Source: an uncultured Acidimicrobiaceae bacterium
GTDB taxonomy: Bacteria > Actinomycetota > Acidimicrobiia > Acidimicrobiales > RAAP-2
NCBI GenBank assembly: GCA_963781955.1
Contig: CAWAHU010000002.1
Span: 51,582 to 115,581 of the forward strand
DNA: 64,000 nucleotides
Direction of reading: 5' to 3'
Both the position numbers and the translations under genes were made by a program. Positions 29,130 to 38,622 of this stretch are shown piece by piece. Positions within the stretch are counted from its first letter, which is position 1. Each line of letters opens with the position of its first letter. Under the pieces are notes generated by a model that searched no databases, was not told the origin of the DNA, and was given only the letters and a program-made list of their open reading frames with translations.

Positions 29130-30932
29130 ATGCCAGGCATGGGCCGCTCGCTGCAGACCCGCAACCCGCTGATCGTCTCCGACTTCCACGCTGCGTTGCT
29201 CCACCAGCTCTTCGTGGTCCTGGCCCTCCTCGTTCTGTGCGCCCTCGCCTTCAACGTCGTGCGCACCGTGCAGTACCGGCGCCTCACGGAGCGCGGCCAC
29301 GCGTCGTTCCCCTCCGCCACGCCGGCGTCTCCTGAAGCCGTCGGGCGACGCGTCCTGCGCATCGGTTTCGGGTGCCTGTGGATCCTCGACGGCCTACTCC
29401 AGATCCAGTCGTCCATGCCGCTCGGGCTCCCCTCGGGTGTGGTCGAACGGTCCGCCAGCGGATCTCCGGCCTGGGTGCAGCACATCGTGAACAGTGGTGT
29501 CACCATCTGGTCCGACCATCCGATCCAGGCGGCCTCCGCCACGGTGTGGATCCAGCTGGGCCTCGGGGCATGGTTACTGGTGGCGTCGCGCGGCCGGTGG
29601 TCCCGGCTCGGCGGCGTGGCCAGCGCCGGGTGGGGTCTGGTCGTCTGGGCCTTCGGCGAGTCCTTCGGGGGCATCTTCGCCCCGGGGCTGACCTGGCTCT
29701 TCGGCGCCCCCGGCGCGGTGCTGTTCTACAGCGTGGCCGGGGCCCTGCTCGCGCTCCCCGAGCGCGCGTGGACCACGCCGCTCTTAGGCCGACTCGTGCT
29801 GCGCTGCGGCGGGGTATTCCTCGTCGGCATGGCGGTGCTCCAGGCATGGCCGGGGCGGGGCTCCTGGCAGGGCCGTTCCGGAACCCTGAGCGCCATGGTC
29901 GAGTCGATGTCCAAGACCTCCCAGCCCGGGTTCCTCCACTCGTGGCTCACGTCCTTTGCGTCCTTCGACACGGCACACGGTTGGGCGTTGAACCTCTTCG
30001 TCGTGTTGAGCCTCACCGTGATCGGCGTGCTGCTCCTCACTGCGCGCCCGCGCGCCGCCCTCGTGGGGCTCGTCGCCCTCGTCGTGCTGTGCCTGGCCGA
30101 CTGGGTCCTCGTCGAGGACCTCGGGTTCCTCGGGGGCCTGGGGACCGACCCCAATTCCATGTTGCCCATGGCGATGTTGTTCTCCGGCGGCTACCTGGCA
30201 CTGATCCGGCCGCTGGCAGCTGTCCCCGCCGACAAGAGCGTGACCGCGGGCGCGCCCTGGTGGGAGCGGGCATCGCTGGGCTCGGTGGCGCGCACCACGG
30301 CCGTGGTGGCCGCAGTCGCCGTCGTCGTGATCGGCGCCGCGCCGATGGCCATGGCCACGGTCAACCGGAACGCGGACCCTGTGGTGAGCGAAGCACTCGA
30401 CGGGACCCCCAACGCGCTCGACACACCGGCGCCGGCCTTTGCGCTCACCGACCAGCACGGCCACCCCGTCAGCCTGGCTTCGCTCCGGGGCCACGTGGTC
30501 GCGCTCACGTTCCTCGACCCGGTCTGCACGACCGACTGCCCGCTCATCGCCCAGGAGTTCCGCCATACCGACCAGCAGATGGGCGCCCAGGGAGGAAAGG
30601 TCGACTTCGTCGCCATCGTGGCCAACCCGGTCTACCGGTCGCAGTCCTACACGCAGGCGTTCGACCAGCAGGAGGGCACGGCGCACCTCCGCAACTGGTA
30701 CTTCCTGACTGGGTCGCTCCCTGCACTCCAACGGGTCTGGAACTCGTACGGCGAGCTTGTGCAGACCCTGCCGGCCGGCGCCATGATCGCGCACAGTGAC
30801 ATCGCCTTCGTGATCGACGTCCACGGTCACGAGCGCGATGCGCTGATCGACGACCCCGGCCCGACACAGACGACCGCAGCGTCCTTTTCCTCACTGCTCC
30901 AGAGCCGCATCGACCAAGTCCTCGCTTCGTGA
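29130..30932 (+). CDS. Polytopic membrane domain fused to a C-terminal SCO1/SenC copper chaperone domain
   Basis: The ~400-aa N-terminal domain has about 9 hydrophobic helices. The C-terminal thioredoxin-like domain carries FLDPVCTTDCP (CxxxC) and the conserved His in MIAHSDIAFVID. Confidence 0.75.
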   Translation: MPGMGRSLQTRNPLIVSDFHAALLHQLFVVLALLVLCALAFNVVRTVQYRRLTERGHASFPSATPASPEAVGRRVLRIGFGCLWILDGLLQIQSSMPLGLPSGVVERSASGSPAWVQHIVNSGVTIWSDHPIQAASATVWIQLGLGAWLLVASRGRWSRLGGVASAGWGLVVWAFGESFGGIFAPGLTWLFGAPGAVLFYSVAGALLALPERAWTTPLLGRLVLRCGGVFLVGMAVLQAWPGRGSWQGRSGTLSAMVESMSKTSQPGFLHSWLTSFASFDTAHGWALNLFVVLSLTVIGVLLLTARPRAALVGLVALVVLCLADWVLVEDLGFLGGLGTDPNSMLPMAMLFSGGYLALIRPLAAVPADKSVTAGAPWWERASLGSVARTTAVVAAVAVVVIGAAPMAMATVNRNADPVVSEALDGTPNALDTPAPAFALTDQHGHPVSLASLRGHVVALTFLDPVCTTDCPLIAQEFRHTDQQMGAQGGKVDFVAIVANPVYRSQSYTQAFDQQEGTAHLRNWYFLTGSLPALQRVWNSYGELVQTLPAGAMIAHSDIAFVIDVHGHERDALIDDPGPTQTTAASFSSLLQSRIDQVLAS

Positions 30933-32170
30933 GGTGGTCGTCATCCCGTGCCGGTGGGCGAGCCGGCCGGTCTCGTCGCCGCGTCGCCGCGTCGCTCGGC
31001 TGCATTGTGGCTCTCGGTTTGTCGGCCCTCCTCACGAGCGGCGCCGCCGGCGCGGCGGCGGCGCCGCTCGTGAGCGCGACGTCGACGGCCGCCGGGTCGT
31101 GGGTGGTCCTCCCGATGGGCCAACTGTCGGATCCATCGAACACCTTCTGGCAGCTCGCGCACATGGGCACGTGGTCCGCGCCATCCGCACCCCGCTGGTC
31201 CGTCGTCACGCCGCCGGGCGCTGCCGACAACGGCGGCCTGGCCATGGGCGTCTCGGCCGGCACTGACGACTCGGTCCTGACCGGCATCCTTCCCAACGGG
31301 CTCCTGCGGTTCTCGCCCATCTCCGTGAGCGGGGACGCTGGCACGACGTGGCACCCCCTGTTCCTCCCCGGCGGACTGGCGGCGCGCCCCGACTCTCTCG
31401 CCTACCGAGGCCCCGCGCCTGGCACCATCGTGGCCCTCGTAAATAGCGGGCGCGTGCTGCAGTCCGGCAACGGCGCGTCCTCGTGGGCACAGCTGGCCAC
31501 CGCCACGAGCCTGCGCCGCGTGGGGGGCACGTGCGCGGTGACGGCCGTCGACGCGGTCGGCATCCGGGGCGACGGCGCCGTGCTCCTCGCCACCGGTTGC
31601 CGGCACGGCGACGCCGGCCTCTTCGCGCGCACCGGCGGCACCTGGGTACCCGACGACGCCACCCTTCCCGCACCGCTCGACCGAGCCACAACCGCGGTGC
31701 TGCGCCTTGAGGCCGACGACACCACGCTCAGCATGCTGGTGTCCGCTACGAGGGGCAACCGGAGGTGGCTGATCGTGCTCTCGCAGACCGGGGGAGTGGG
31801 TTGGACGGCCTCTGCGCCGTTCGCGCTCCCGGCGCACGCCGAGGTTCAGGCCACGTCGCTCGGCCCGGACGGCGACGTCGCCGCGCTCCTCCGCACCGGC
31901 CACAAGGCGGTCGCCGTCGGGGGGAGCGGCCGCGGCGGCGGCTGGGCCCGCTACCCCTCTCCACCGCAGGGCACGGTCGCCCTCGCTCCCACATCACCCA
32001 GGACGTTCACGTCCTACGGTGCCTCGTCACTGGACGCGTTCATCGTCCGCGGCTCGGTGCTCGACGTGTATGCGCAGACCCCCGCCGGCGCCGCCTGGGC
32101 CAAGGTCCAGTCCCTCACGGTGCCACTGTCGTACGGGTCGTCGTCCGGAGCCGGGTCGGGGCTACCGTGA
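30929..32170 (+). CDS. Secreted BNR/Asp-box repeat beta-propeller-like protein (Ycf48-like)
   Basis: Signal peptide after an Arg-rich N-terminus. One canonical Asp-box SGDAGTTW plus degenerate copies (SGNGASSW, TGGVGWT). GTGA overlap with the upstream gene. Confidence 0.5.
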   Translation: MRWSSSRAGGRAGRSRRRVAASLGCIVALGLSALLTSGAAGAAAAPLVSATSTAAGSWVVLPMGQLSDPSNTFWQLAHMGTWSAPSAPRWSVVTPPGAADNGGLAMGVSAGTDDSVLTGILPNGLLRFSPISVSGDAGTTWHPLFLPGGLAARPDSLAYRGPAPGTIVALVNSGRVLQSGNGASSWAQLATATSLRRVGGTCAVTAVDAVGIRGDGAVLLATGCRHGDAGLFARTGGTWVPDDATLPAPLDRATTAVLRLEADDTTLSMLVSATRGNRRWLIVLSQTGGVGWTASAPFALPAHAEVQATSLGPDGDVAALLRTGHKAVAVGGSGRGGGWARYPSPPQGTVALAPTSPRTFTSYGASSLDAFIVRGSVLDVYAQTPAGAAWAKVQSLTVPLSYGSSSGAGSGLP

Positions 32171-32201
32171 CGGACGCCCGGAGCGACGACGGAGGAGCTC
32201 C

Positions 32202-33164
32202 ATGAGCTACCTGGTCGACAACTGGAGCTTCGACCCCTTCATCGTCGTCGTGGCCCTCGTCGTCGTCGTCCACGAGTTCGGCCTGGCGAACCTGCGCCGG
32301 CGTTCGACTCCCGCACGGACCCGCAGGCGCAGGCTCCGGTCCGTCTTCTTCTACGCCGGCTTGGCTCTGCTTCTCCTTACGGTCACGTCGCCTATCGACT
32401 ACTGGTCGGACGACTACCTCTTCGTGCACATGATCGAGCACATCCTGATCGCCTTCTACGCGCCGATGCTGATCGTGGCCGGTGCGCCGTGGCTGCCCCT
32501 ACTGCACGCGGTCCCGGTCGGGCTCCGCCGGCGCCTGCTGCGCACCGTCATGCTAGGGCGCCGCGCCGGTGGCCTGCGATCAGCGGGGCGGTTCCTCGTC
32601 AACCCGTGGACTGCGCTGGTGGCCTTCAACGCGGTGATGGTGCTCTGGCACGTCCCCGCGCTCTTCGACTCGGCCGATCAGAGCTGGCTCGTCCACATCT
32701 GGCTCATGCACGCCAGCTTGTTCGCCACCGGCGTCCTGTTCTGGCTGCAGCTCATCCCCTCCTACCCGTTCCGACTGCGGGCCACGCCGCTGTGGCAGAT
32801 CGGGGCCATCATCTCGACGAACGTCGTCATGTTCGTGCTCGCGATGACGATGTCGCTGTTCACCAGCAGCAGCTGGTACCCGGTGTACGCGCACGTCCCC
32901 GGCGTCACGCTCTCCCCGTTCGCCGACCAGCAGATCGCCGCCGCCATCCTCTGGGTCTGCGGCGACTTTTGGGCCGTCCCGGCGCTGGCGGTGGCCATCC
33001 GGCGGGCCATCGACGCCAAGGATGGCTTCTCCCTCGGCGTCGACCGGCTGTTCCACCGGGCCCCCGACCCCACCCTGGAGGCGCTGCGGGCCCCCGGGCC
33101 CGCAGCCCCCAGATCGACCCCTCCGTACACAACGATGGTTGACGAGCGTCAAGGGTCCGCTTAG
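32202..33164 (+). CDS. ctaG: Cytochrome c oxidase assembly factor CtaG (caa3-CtaG family)
   Basis: ATG preceded by GGAGGAG. MSYLVDNWSFDPFIVVVAL..., HMIEHILIAFYAPMLIVAG, and ADQQIAAAILWVCGDFW. The track start at 32019 lies inside the upstream gene. Confidence 0.8.
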   Translation: MSYLVDNWSFDPFIVVVALVVVVHEFGLANLRRRSTPARTRRRRLRSVFFYAGLALLLLTVTSPIDYWSDDYLFVHMIEHILIAFYAPMLIVAGAPWLPLLHAVPVGLRRRLLRTVMLGRRAGGLRSAGRFLVNPWTALVAFNAVMVLWHVPALFDSADQSWLVHIWLMHASLFATGVLFWLQLIPSYPFRLRATPLWQIGAIISTNVVMFVLAMTMSLFTSSSWYPVYAHVPGVTLSPFADQQIAAAILWVCGDFWAVPALAVAIRRAIDAKDGFSLGVDRLFHRAPDPTLEALRAPGPAAPRSTPPYTTMVDERQGSA

Positions 33165-33267
33165 TGTCGGCTGTGACACGCGCGTGGTCACCGTCGGAGG
33201 CCACCGAACGTCGTGGTGCAGTCGTTCGTCGAAGTCCTCCGGCGAGACCGGGGACGGGGGGTTGGCC

Positions 33268-33936
33268 ATGAGCATGGCGTGGAAGGTGGCGGTGACCGTC
33301 GTCCTGTTCGCCGTCGCCGCGGTCGCCGCGGTGGTCCTGGTGGTGAACCTGCTCGGCAGCCCCTCGACCGTCGCCTACAGCGCGACGGCCCCAGGTGCCC
33401 CGGTCGACGTGACCCTGCAAACCGTCCCCGCCTTGGGCTTCGGGAGCCAGCCGGGGTGGGTCTCGTACCTGGTGAAGTCGCCTGACGGCCAGTGGGTGCA
33501 CACCACGAACTTCCAGGTGCCCCAGCACACCCGGATCAACGTCACGATCTACCAGTACGACTCGGGCAGCCCGCTGCGGAACCAACAGCTCGGCCAGGTC
33601 AGCGGCACCTACGGCAATGTGGCCACCCTCAACGGCAGGCTCTTCCGGGTCCTGAACTCGAACGTCGGCAACGGCGTCGGGCACACCTTCACCATCCCGT
33701 CCCTGAACATCAGCGTTCCGCTCTGGGGTGAGGTCGACAACAGCAGCCTGTGCGGGTCGGCCCCGTGCACCACGAGTTCGCCCCACAACGTCATCCGGTT
33801 CTCCTTCACCAGCCCAGGACCAGGCAGCTACCGCTGGCAGTGCTTCGTCCCCTGCGGTGGTGGGTTCCTCTACGGCAACGGGGGCCCGATGTCCGCGCTC
33901 GGCTACATGGGCGGCTTCATGAAGGTGGCGGCATGA
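33268..33936 (+). CDS. Membrane-anchored cupredoxin-like protein, CuA-domain paralogue lacking one His ligand
   Basis: N-terminal TM anchor. GHTFTIPSLNI ... YRWQCFVPCGGGFLYGNGGPM retains His, CxxxC and Met, but not the CxExCGxxHxxM pattern of subunit II. The stop overlaps the ctaC start (ATGA). Confidence 0.55.
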   Translation: MSMAWKVAVTVVLFAVAAVAAVVLVVNLLGSPSTVAYSATAPGAPVDVTLQTVPALGFGSQPGWVSYLVKSPDGQWVHTTNFQVPQHTRINVTIYQYDSGSPLRNQQLGQVSGTYGNVATLNGRLFRVLNSNVGNGVGHTFTIPSLNISVPLWGEVDNSSLCGSAPCTTSSPHNVIRFSFTSPGPGSYRWQCFVPCGGGFLYGNGGPMSALGYMGGFMKVAA

Positions 33937-34922
33937 GCGACCCCAGCTCCGCCGCTCCGTCGGGCGGCCCAGCCGGAGCCGATCCAGCGGGACCGACCGC
34001 ACCCCGGACCGACGAGACCCACCACTGGTGGCGGCTCATCGCCGTCTGGGTGGTGCTCTCGGCCATTCTCGACCCCCTCTACTACTTCCTGGCCGGCCCG
34101 CACATCCCGCCGGGGAGGATGACCGTCGACGCCCAGGGCGCGCAGCTCGACTTCAACGTCTTGTTCGTGATCGCCCTGCCGGTCCTGCTCGGAGTCTGGA
34201 TCTACCTGATCTACGCCATCGTGATGTGGCGCGCCTCGCGGGGCGGGCCCGAGCCCGTCGGCGGCCCGGCCGCCGCCGGGCACCTAGGGATCCAGGTGGG
34301 CTGGATCCTGACCACGACGGTCATTGTGCTGTTCCTGGCCGGCTTCGGCACCTACGAGCTGGTGCAGCCGGGCGGGGCCGGTGGCGGCGAGGGATCGAGC
34401 CCCATCTGGACTCCCACGGCCAAGGTGGTGCTGCCGGTCCAGGTGATCGGCCAGCAGTGGAAGTTCACCTACCGCTACCCAACCTTCGGCGGCTTCGAGA
34501 CCAACCAGCTGATCCTCCCGAACGACACCACGGTCAAGTTCAACGTCACCTCCCTCGACGTCATCCATAGCTTCTGGGCCTACCAGCTCGGGGTGAAGGC
34601 GGACGCCAACCCCAACTACAACAACGTGGCCTACGCCACCACTCAGCAGCTCGGCTCCTTCACGGTCCGGTGCGCCGAGCTGTGCGGCCTCTGGCACGGG
34701 GCCATGTTCAACTCCGGTCAGGTGGTCACCAAGGAGCAGTTCTACGCCTGGGCGCAGCTGACCGCCCTCCGGCTGCGCCACAACACCAGCCTGCTCCCGC
34801 CCTACGCGTTGACCTACACGCCCGACGCCAACGGAGCCGACGGCGGCTACTACCCGGACAACGTCGACCCGTACTCCAAGGTCGAGCAGTACGGTGCCCC
34901 GCAGCCCAAGGGCGGGACGTGA
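33933..34922 (+). CDS. ctaC: Cytochrome c oxidase subunit II (CuA subunit, no cytochrome c domain)
   Basis: Two TM helices, then DVIHSFWAYQLG and the CuA motif CAELCGLWHGAM. Confidence 0.9.
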   Translation: MSDPSSAAPSGGPAGADPAGPTAPRTDETHHWWRLIAVWVVLSAILDPLYYFLAGPHIPPGRMTVDAQGAQLDFNVLFVIALPVLLGVWIYLIYAIVMWRASRGGPEPVGGPAAAGHLGIQVGWILTTTVIVLFLAGFGTYELVQPGGAGGGEGSSPIWTPTAKVVLPVQVIGQQWKFTYRYPTFGGFETNQLILPNDTTVKFNVTSLDVIHSFWAYQLGVKADANPNYNNVAYATTQQLGSFTVRCAELCGLWHGAMFNSGQVVTKEQFYAWAQLTALRLRHNTSLLPPYALTYTPDANGADGGYYPDNVDPYSKVEQYGAPQPKGGT

Positions 34923-34948
34923 CGTGAGCGAGACGAGGGATCCGCGCC

Positions 34949-36967
34949 ATGGCCATTGACACTCCGGTCAACGAGTTCGAGTACCCCGGGGAGGAGGAGG
35001 TCGGCACCCCGCCACCTCCCCCGCCGGCCTGGCGGCGCTCGTTCTGGCTGCAGCCCAACCTGCTGTGGGCCATCGTCGGCGGGGTCATCGGCTACCTGAT
35101 CGGCCACTGGCTCGGCAACGTCATCGGCAGCGGCTACGAGCAGGTCCAGGGCAGCGGGCAGAACGATCTGGCCATCGTGCTCGGGCTCTCGCTCGGCGTG
35201 GCGGGCTGGATGGGCGGCATCGGCGGCCTCAACTACCCGGTGGCCAAGGTCCTCGGCTACGAGCTGTCGCCGCGGCCCCCCGAGAAGACCTGGGTGCGCT
35301 ACTTCCGCATGACCGACGACCACAAAGTCGTGGGCTGGCAGTACGCGATCGGCGTCTTGATGTTCCTCTTCACGGGCGGGCTTCTGGCCATGCTCATCCG
35401 GACCGAGCTGCTCAGCCCGAGCAACCACGTGTTCGGGCCCGGGACCTACATCGCCATCGTCGGCGAGCACGGGACCGTGATGATGATGATGGCCTCGTCG
35501 GCCGTCATCGGCCCGCTGGGGAACTGGCTCGTCCCGCTCATGATCGGAACCCGCCGGATGGCCTACCCGCGCGTGGAGGCGTTCTCGTTCTGGATCTTCA
35601 TGGCCGGCTACCTGGTCATCCTGAGCGCGCTGTTCTTCGGCGGGTTCCCCACCGGCTGGACGGGCTACGCACCGCTGCAGACCCAGGCCAACGGCGGCAT
35701 GGACTCCTACCTGGTCGGTTTCGCCGTGATCGGCATCGGCATGATCCTGGCCGGATTCAACCTGGGCGTCACCATCATCAACTACCGGGCGCCCGGCATG
35801 ACCTGGAGCCGGCTGCCCATCTTCGTGTGGGGCGTGCTCGGCACCACGGCCCTGCTCACGCTGGCGACGCCCACGCTCGTGGTCGCCGGCCTGTTCGGGA
35901 TCCTCGACCGCACGGCGCAAACGGCCTTCTTCGTGACCGAGCACGGGGGGAGCAACTTCCTGTGGCAGAACCTGTTCTGGTTCTTCGGCCACCCGGAGGT
36001 CTACATCATGGCCCTGCCCGGCTTCGGGATCGTCATGGAGATCATGCCCGTCTTCACCCGCAAGCCACTCTTCGCCTACAAGGTGGCGGCCGCCGGCATG
36101 CTCGGCGTGGCCCTCCTCTCATTCTTCGTCTGGCAACACCACCTGTTCCAGAGCGGCATCAACCCGGACATGCGGCCGCTGTTCATGCTGACCACCGAGT
36201 TGATCTCGATCCCGACCGGGTTCCTCTTCCTCGTCACCCTGGGAACGTTGTGGAAGGCCAAGATCCGCTTCGACACGCCGATGCTCTTCTGTCTGGCCAT
36301 GCTCTTCAACTTCCTCATCGGAGGCATCACCGGCGTCTTCCTCTCGGACGTCCCGGTCAACGTCACCGTGCACGGCAGCTTCTTCGTGATGGCCCACTTC
36401 CACTACACGATCATGGGCGGGCTGATCTTCGCCATGTTCGCCGGCTTCTACTTCTGGTTCCCCAAGATCACCGGCAAGACCCTGAACCGCAAGCTGAGCA
36501 AATGGCACTTCTGGACCATGTTCATCTTCTTCAACATGACCTTCTTCCCCTTGTTCCTGGTCGGGCTCCTCGGCATGCCGCGACGGGTCTTCGAGTACGC
36601 CTCGAACTTGCAGACCCTCAACGACATATCGAGCATCTCCGCCTACCTGCTCGGCGCCTCGTTCTTCTTCTTCATCATCAACGTCGTGTGGTCGATCTAC
36701 CTGAACCCGCACCCGGCGCCGGACAACCCTTGGGATTCCCTGGGGTTGGAGTGGCAGACGCCGACACCGGTGCCCTGGTACAACTTCGAGCACATCCCCG
36801 TCGTGCTCAACGACCCGTACCACTACGGCGAGCCCGACGCACCGCCGGTGGCCGACCTCGGCCTGGTGATGTCCGCCGTGGGGGCTCCGGCGGGATCGGT
36901 CGGGTCCGACGAGCTCCAAGCCGGCGTCCCCGACGGCGATGCAGACCCGCGGCCCCCGATCCTGTGA
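34949..36967 (+). CDS. ctaD: Cytochrome c oxidase subunit I (A-type haem-copper oxidase)
   Basis: 672 aa. TDDHKVVGWQY, WFFGHPEVYIMALPGFG (cross-link Tyr and D-channel Glu) and HFHYTIMGG. Carries N- and C-terminal extensions. Confidence 0.95.
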   Translation: MAIDTPVNEFEYPGEEEVGTPPPPPPAWRRSFWLQPNLLWAIVGGVIGYLIGHWLGNVIGSGYEQVQGSGQNDLAIVLGLSLGVAGWMGGIGGLNYPVAKVLGYELSPRPPEKTWVRYFRMTDDHKVVGWQYAIGVLMFLFTGGLLAMLIRTELLSPSNHVFGPGTYIAIVGEHGTVMMMMASSAVIGPLGNWLVPLMIGTRRMAYPRVEAFSFWIFMAGYLVILSALFFGGFPTGWTGYAPLQTQANGGMDSYLVGFAVIGIGMILAGFNLGVTIINYRAPGMTWSRLPIFVWGVLGTTALLTLATPTLVVAGLFGILDRTAQTAFFVTEHGGSNFLWQNLFWFFGHPEVYIMALPGFGIVMEIMPVFTRKPLFAYKVAAAGMLGVALLSFFVWQHHLFQSGINPDMRPLFMLTTELISIPTGFLFLVTLGTLWKAKIRFDTPMLFCLAMLFNFLIGGITGVFLSDVPVNVTVHGSFFVMAHFHYTIMGGLIFAMFAGFYFWFPKITGKTLNRKLSKWHFWTMFIFFNMTFFPLFLVGLLGMPRRVFEYASNLQTLNDISSISAYLLGASFFFFIINVVWSIYLNPHPAPDNPWDSLGLEWQTPTPVPWYNFEHIPVVLNDPYHYGEPDAPPVADLGLVMSAVGAPAGSVGSDELQAGVPDGDADPRPPIL

Positions 36968-36982
36968 GGCGATAACCGGCAC

Positions 36983-37663
36983 ATGGCACAGAACTCCGTC
37001 GACAACCAGCAGTTCGAGAGCTTCACCGGTCAGCTCCGCGAGACCCCCGAGGAGATCGCGTTCGAGTTGCGCGCCCAGGAGGGCGCTCTGTGGACGGGCG
37101 GCCGCCTACTCATCGGCATCTGGGCTTTCGCCTTCGCCGCCCTGGCCTTCGCCTACTTCTACCTGCGGTCGGGGAACAACGAGGATCTGTGGCGCCCCGG
37201 CGGCATCACGGCACCCACCGCGGCCGGCGCGTCCATCTTCGCCGTCACCGTGGCGACCGCGTTCTTGGTCATGTTCGGCGAACGGAGGTTCCGGAACAAC
37301 GAGACCCTGGACTGGCAGGTGGCGGGGTGGACGGCCGTGCTGGGCGGCCTGCTGGCCGTCGGCCTCCAGATCTGGCAGCTGACCGATCTTCCGTTCTTCC
37401 CCGGCTCGAGCGGCTACGCCTCGTGCTTCGTGGGATGGGCCGCCTTGAACATCGCCGTGCTGCTCGCCGGCACCTATTGGCTCGAGACGATCCTGGCCCG
37501 TGAGCTGCGGCTCCGCCGCGCCATGGAGCAGGACGGCGGCGCGCCGACGTCGACCCTCCCGGTCGCCCGGCTCTTCCGGGCCAACCTCAACGGGTGCACC
37601 TACTTCTGGGGCTTCATCGCCGTCGTAGCCCTGTTCTTCTGGGTACTCTTCTACGTCGTCTGA
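36983..37663 (+). CDS. Cytochrome c oxidase subunit III-like membrane protein
   Basis: 226 aa with five predicted TM helices, directly after ctaD. GGRLLIGIWAFAFAALAFAYFYLR resembles the subunit III helix pattern. The family assignment rests on position and topology. Confidence 0.6.
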   Translation: MAQNSVDNQQFESFTGQLRETPEEIAFELRAQEGALWTGGRLLIGIWAFAFAALAFAYFYLRSGNNEDLWRPGGITAPTAAGASIFAVTVATAFLVMFGERRFRNNETLDWQVAGWTAVLGGLLAVGLQIWQLTDLPFFPGSSGYASCFVGWAALNIAVLLAGTYWLETILARELRLRRAMEQDGGAPTSTLPVARLFRANLNGCTYFWGFIAVVALFFWVLFYVV

Positions 37664-37695
37664 TCTCCGTCGTCTGATCGTCAGGGGGTGAACTC

Positions 37696-37809
37696 ATGAT
37701 CCTCGCATCCGACCTGGCGGCCACCCAGGCCCTCACCATCGCCATCCCCCTCGGGACGCTGTGCGTCGTGCTCCTGTGGGGCTTCTTCCAGCGCCGCCCG
37801 ACACGATGA
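37696..37809 (+). CDS. 37-aa single-TM micro-protein (candidate small oxidase subunit)
   Basis: Not in the ORF track. ATG at 37696 lies 7 nt after AGGGGGTG. The product is MILASDLAATQALTIAIPLGTLCVVLLWGFFQRRPTR. Its TGA overlaps the next gene's ATG (ATGA at 37806-37809). Confidence 0.4.
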   Translation: MILASDLAATQALTIAIPLGTLCVVLLWGFFQRRPTR

Positions 37810-38618
37810 CAGAAGGGGCTGCCGGCGAGCAGCCCCCAGTCCCTGCCGCCCCCGCTCCGTGGCGGACGTGGTGCCTGGCGGGCGCCGCACTGATCGCGCT
37901 GCTGACCCTGGTCCCGCCGCTCGCCACGGCGGCGCGCCGCTCGGAATGGGCCGCGGCGCTGCAGTTCGGCCTGCTCGCATTGGCCGTGCCCGCGCTGGCC
38001 ACCCTGGGCGCACCATGGCACCGCCTGCGGCTCTCGGGTGGCCGTGCCGGCGCCGAGAGCCCGGTGGACCGCCTGGCCGGCCGCCGGCGACGCCATCCCG
38101 AGCTCGTCCGGTCCCTCGGCTTCATCGCGGCGGACCTGGCGGTGGTGGTGGCCTGGCACACGCCGCCCGCCGTGGCCTGGGTGGCCACCAGTCCGTGGCC
38201 CGCCTTGCTCGAGGGGGTGACGCTGCTCGTCTTCGGCGCCGGGCTCTGGCTCGAGCTCGTCCCTTCCCCACCACTGAGCCCACGCTCGGGGCACCTGCGA
38301 CGAGCGGTGCTGGGCGCGGTCGCCATGTGGGTCTTCTGGGTCCTGGCCTACGTCCTGGCCATGTCCACGCACGACTTCTACGCCAGCTTCCACCACGCTC
38401 CCGGTGGCCTGAGCGCGGCGGCCGACCAGCAGGTCGCCGCCGCGGTGTCGTGGGCCGTGGCCGCCGCCGCCTTCCTGCCCGTGATCTTCTGGAACGCCGT
38501 CATGTGGCTCAAGACCGAGGACGACCCGGACGCGGAGCTCGTGACCCTCCTGCGGGCGGAGCGGCGCCGCGGCGCCCCGCCGGTCCGAGGCGGCGACGGG
38601 GGGCGGCCGGCCCCCTGA
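37806..38618 (+). CDS. Second CtaG-like cytochrome oxidase assembly membrane protein
   Basis: Polytopic protein. AADQQVAAAVSWAVAAAAFLPVIFW parallels ADQQIAAAILWVCGDFW of the first CtaG. The ATG at 37806 is coupled to the micro-ORF. Confidence 0.65.
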   Translation: MTEGAAGEQPPVPAAPAPWRTWCLAGAALIALLTLVPPLATAARRSEWAAALQFGLLALAVPALATLGAPWHRLRLSGGRAGAESPVDRLAGRRRRHPELVRSLGFIAADLAVVVAWHTPPAVAWVATSPWPALLEGVTLLVFGAGLWLELVPSPPLSPRSGHLRRAVLGAVAMWVFWVLAYVLAMSTHDFYASFHHAPGGLSAAADQQVAAAVSWAVAAAAFLPVIFWNAVMWLKTEDDPDAELVTLLRAERRRGAPPVRGGDGGRPAP

Positions 38619-38622
38619 GGGA

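Noticed and set aside
34850-35992. 380-aa minus-strand ORF
   Set aside because: Antisense to ctaD, which is unambiguous.
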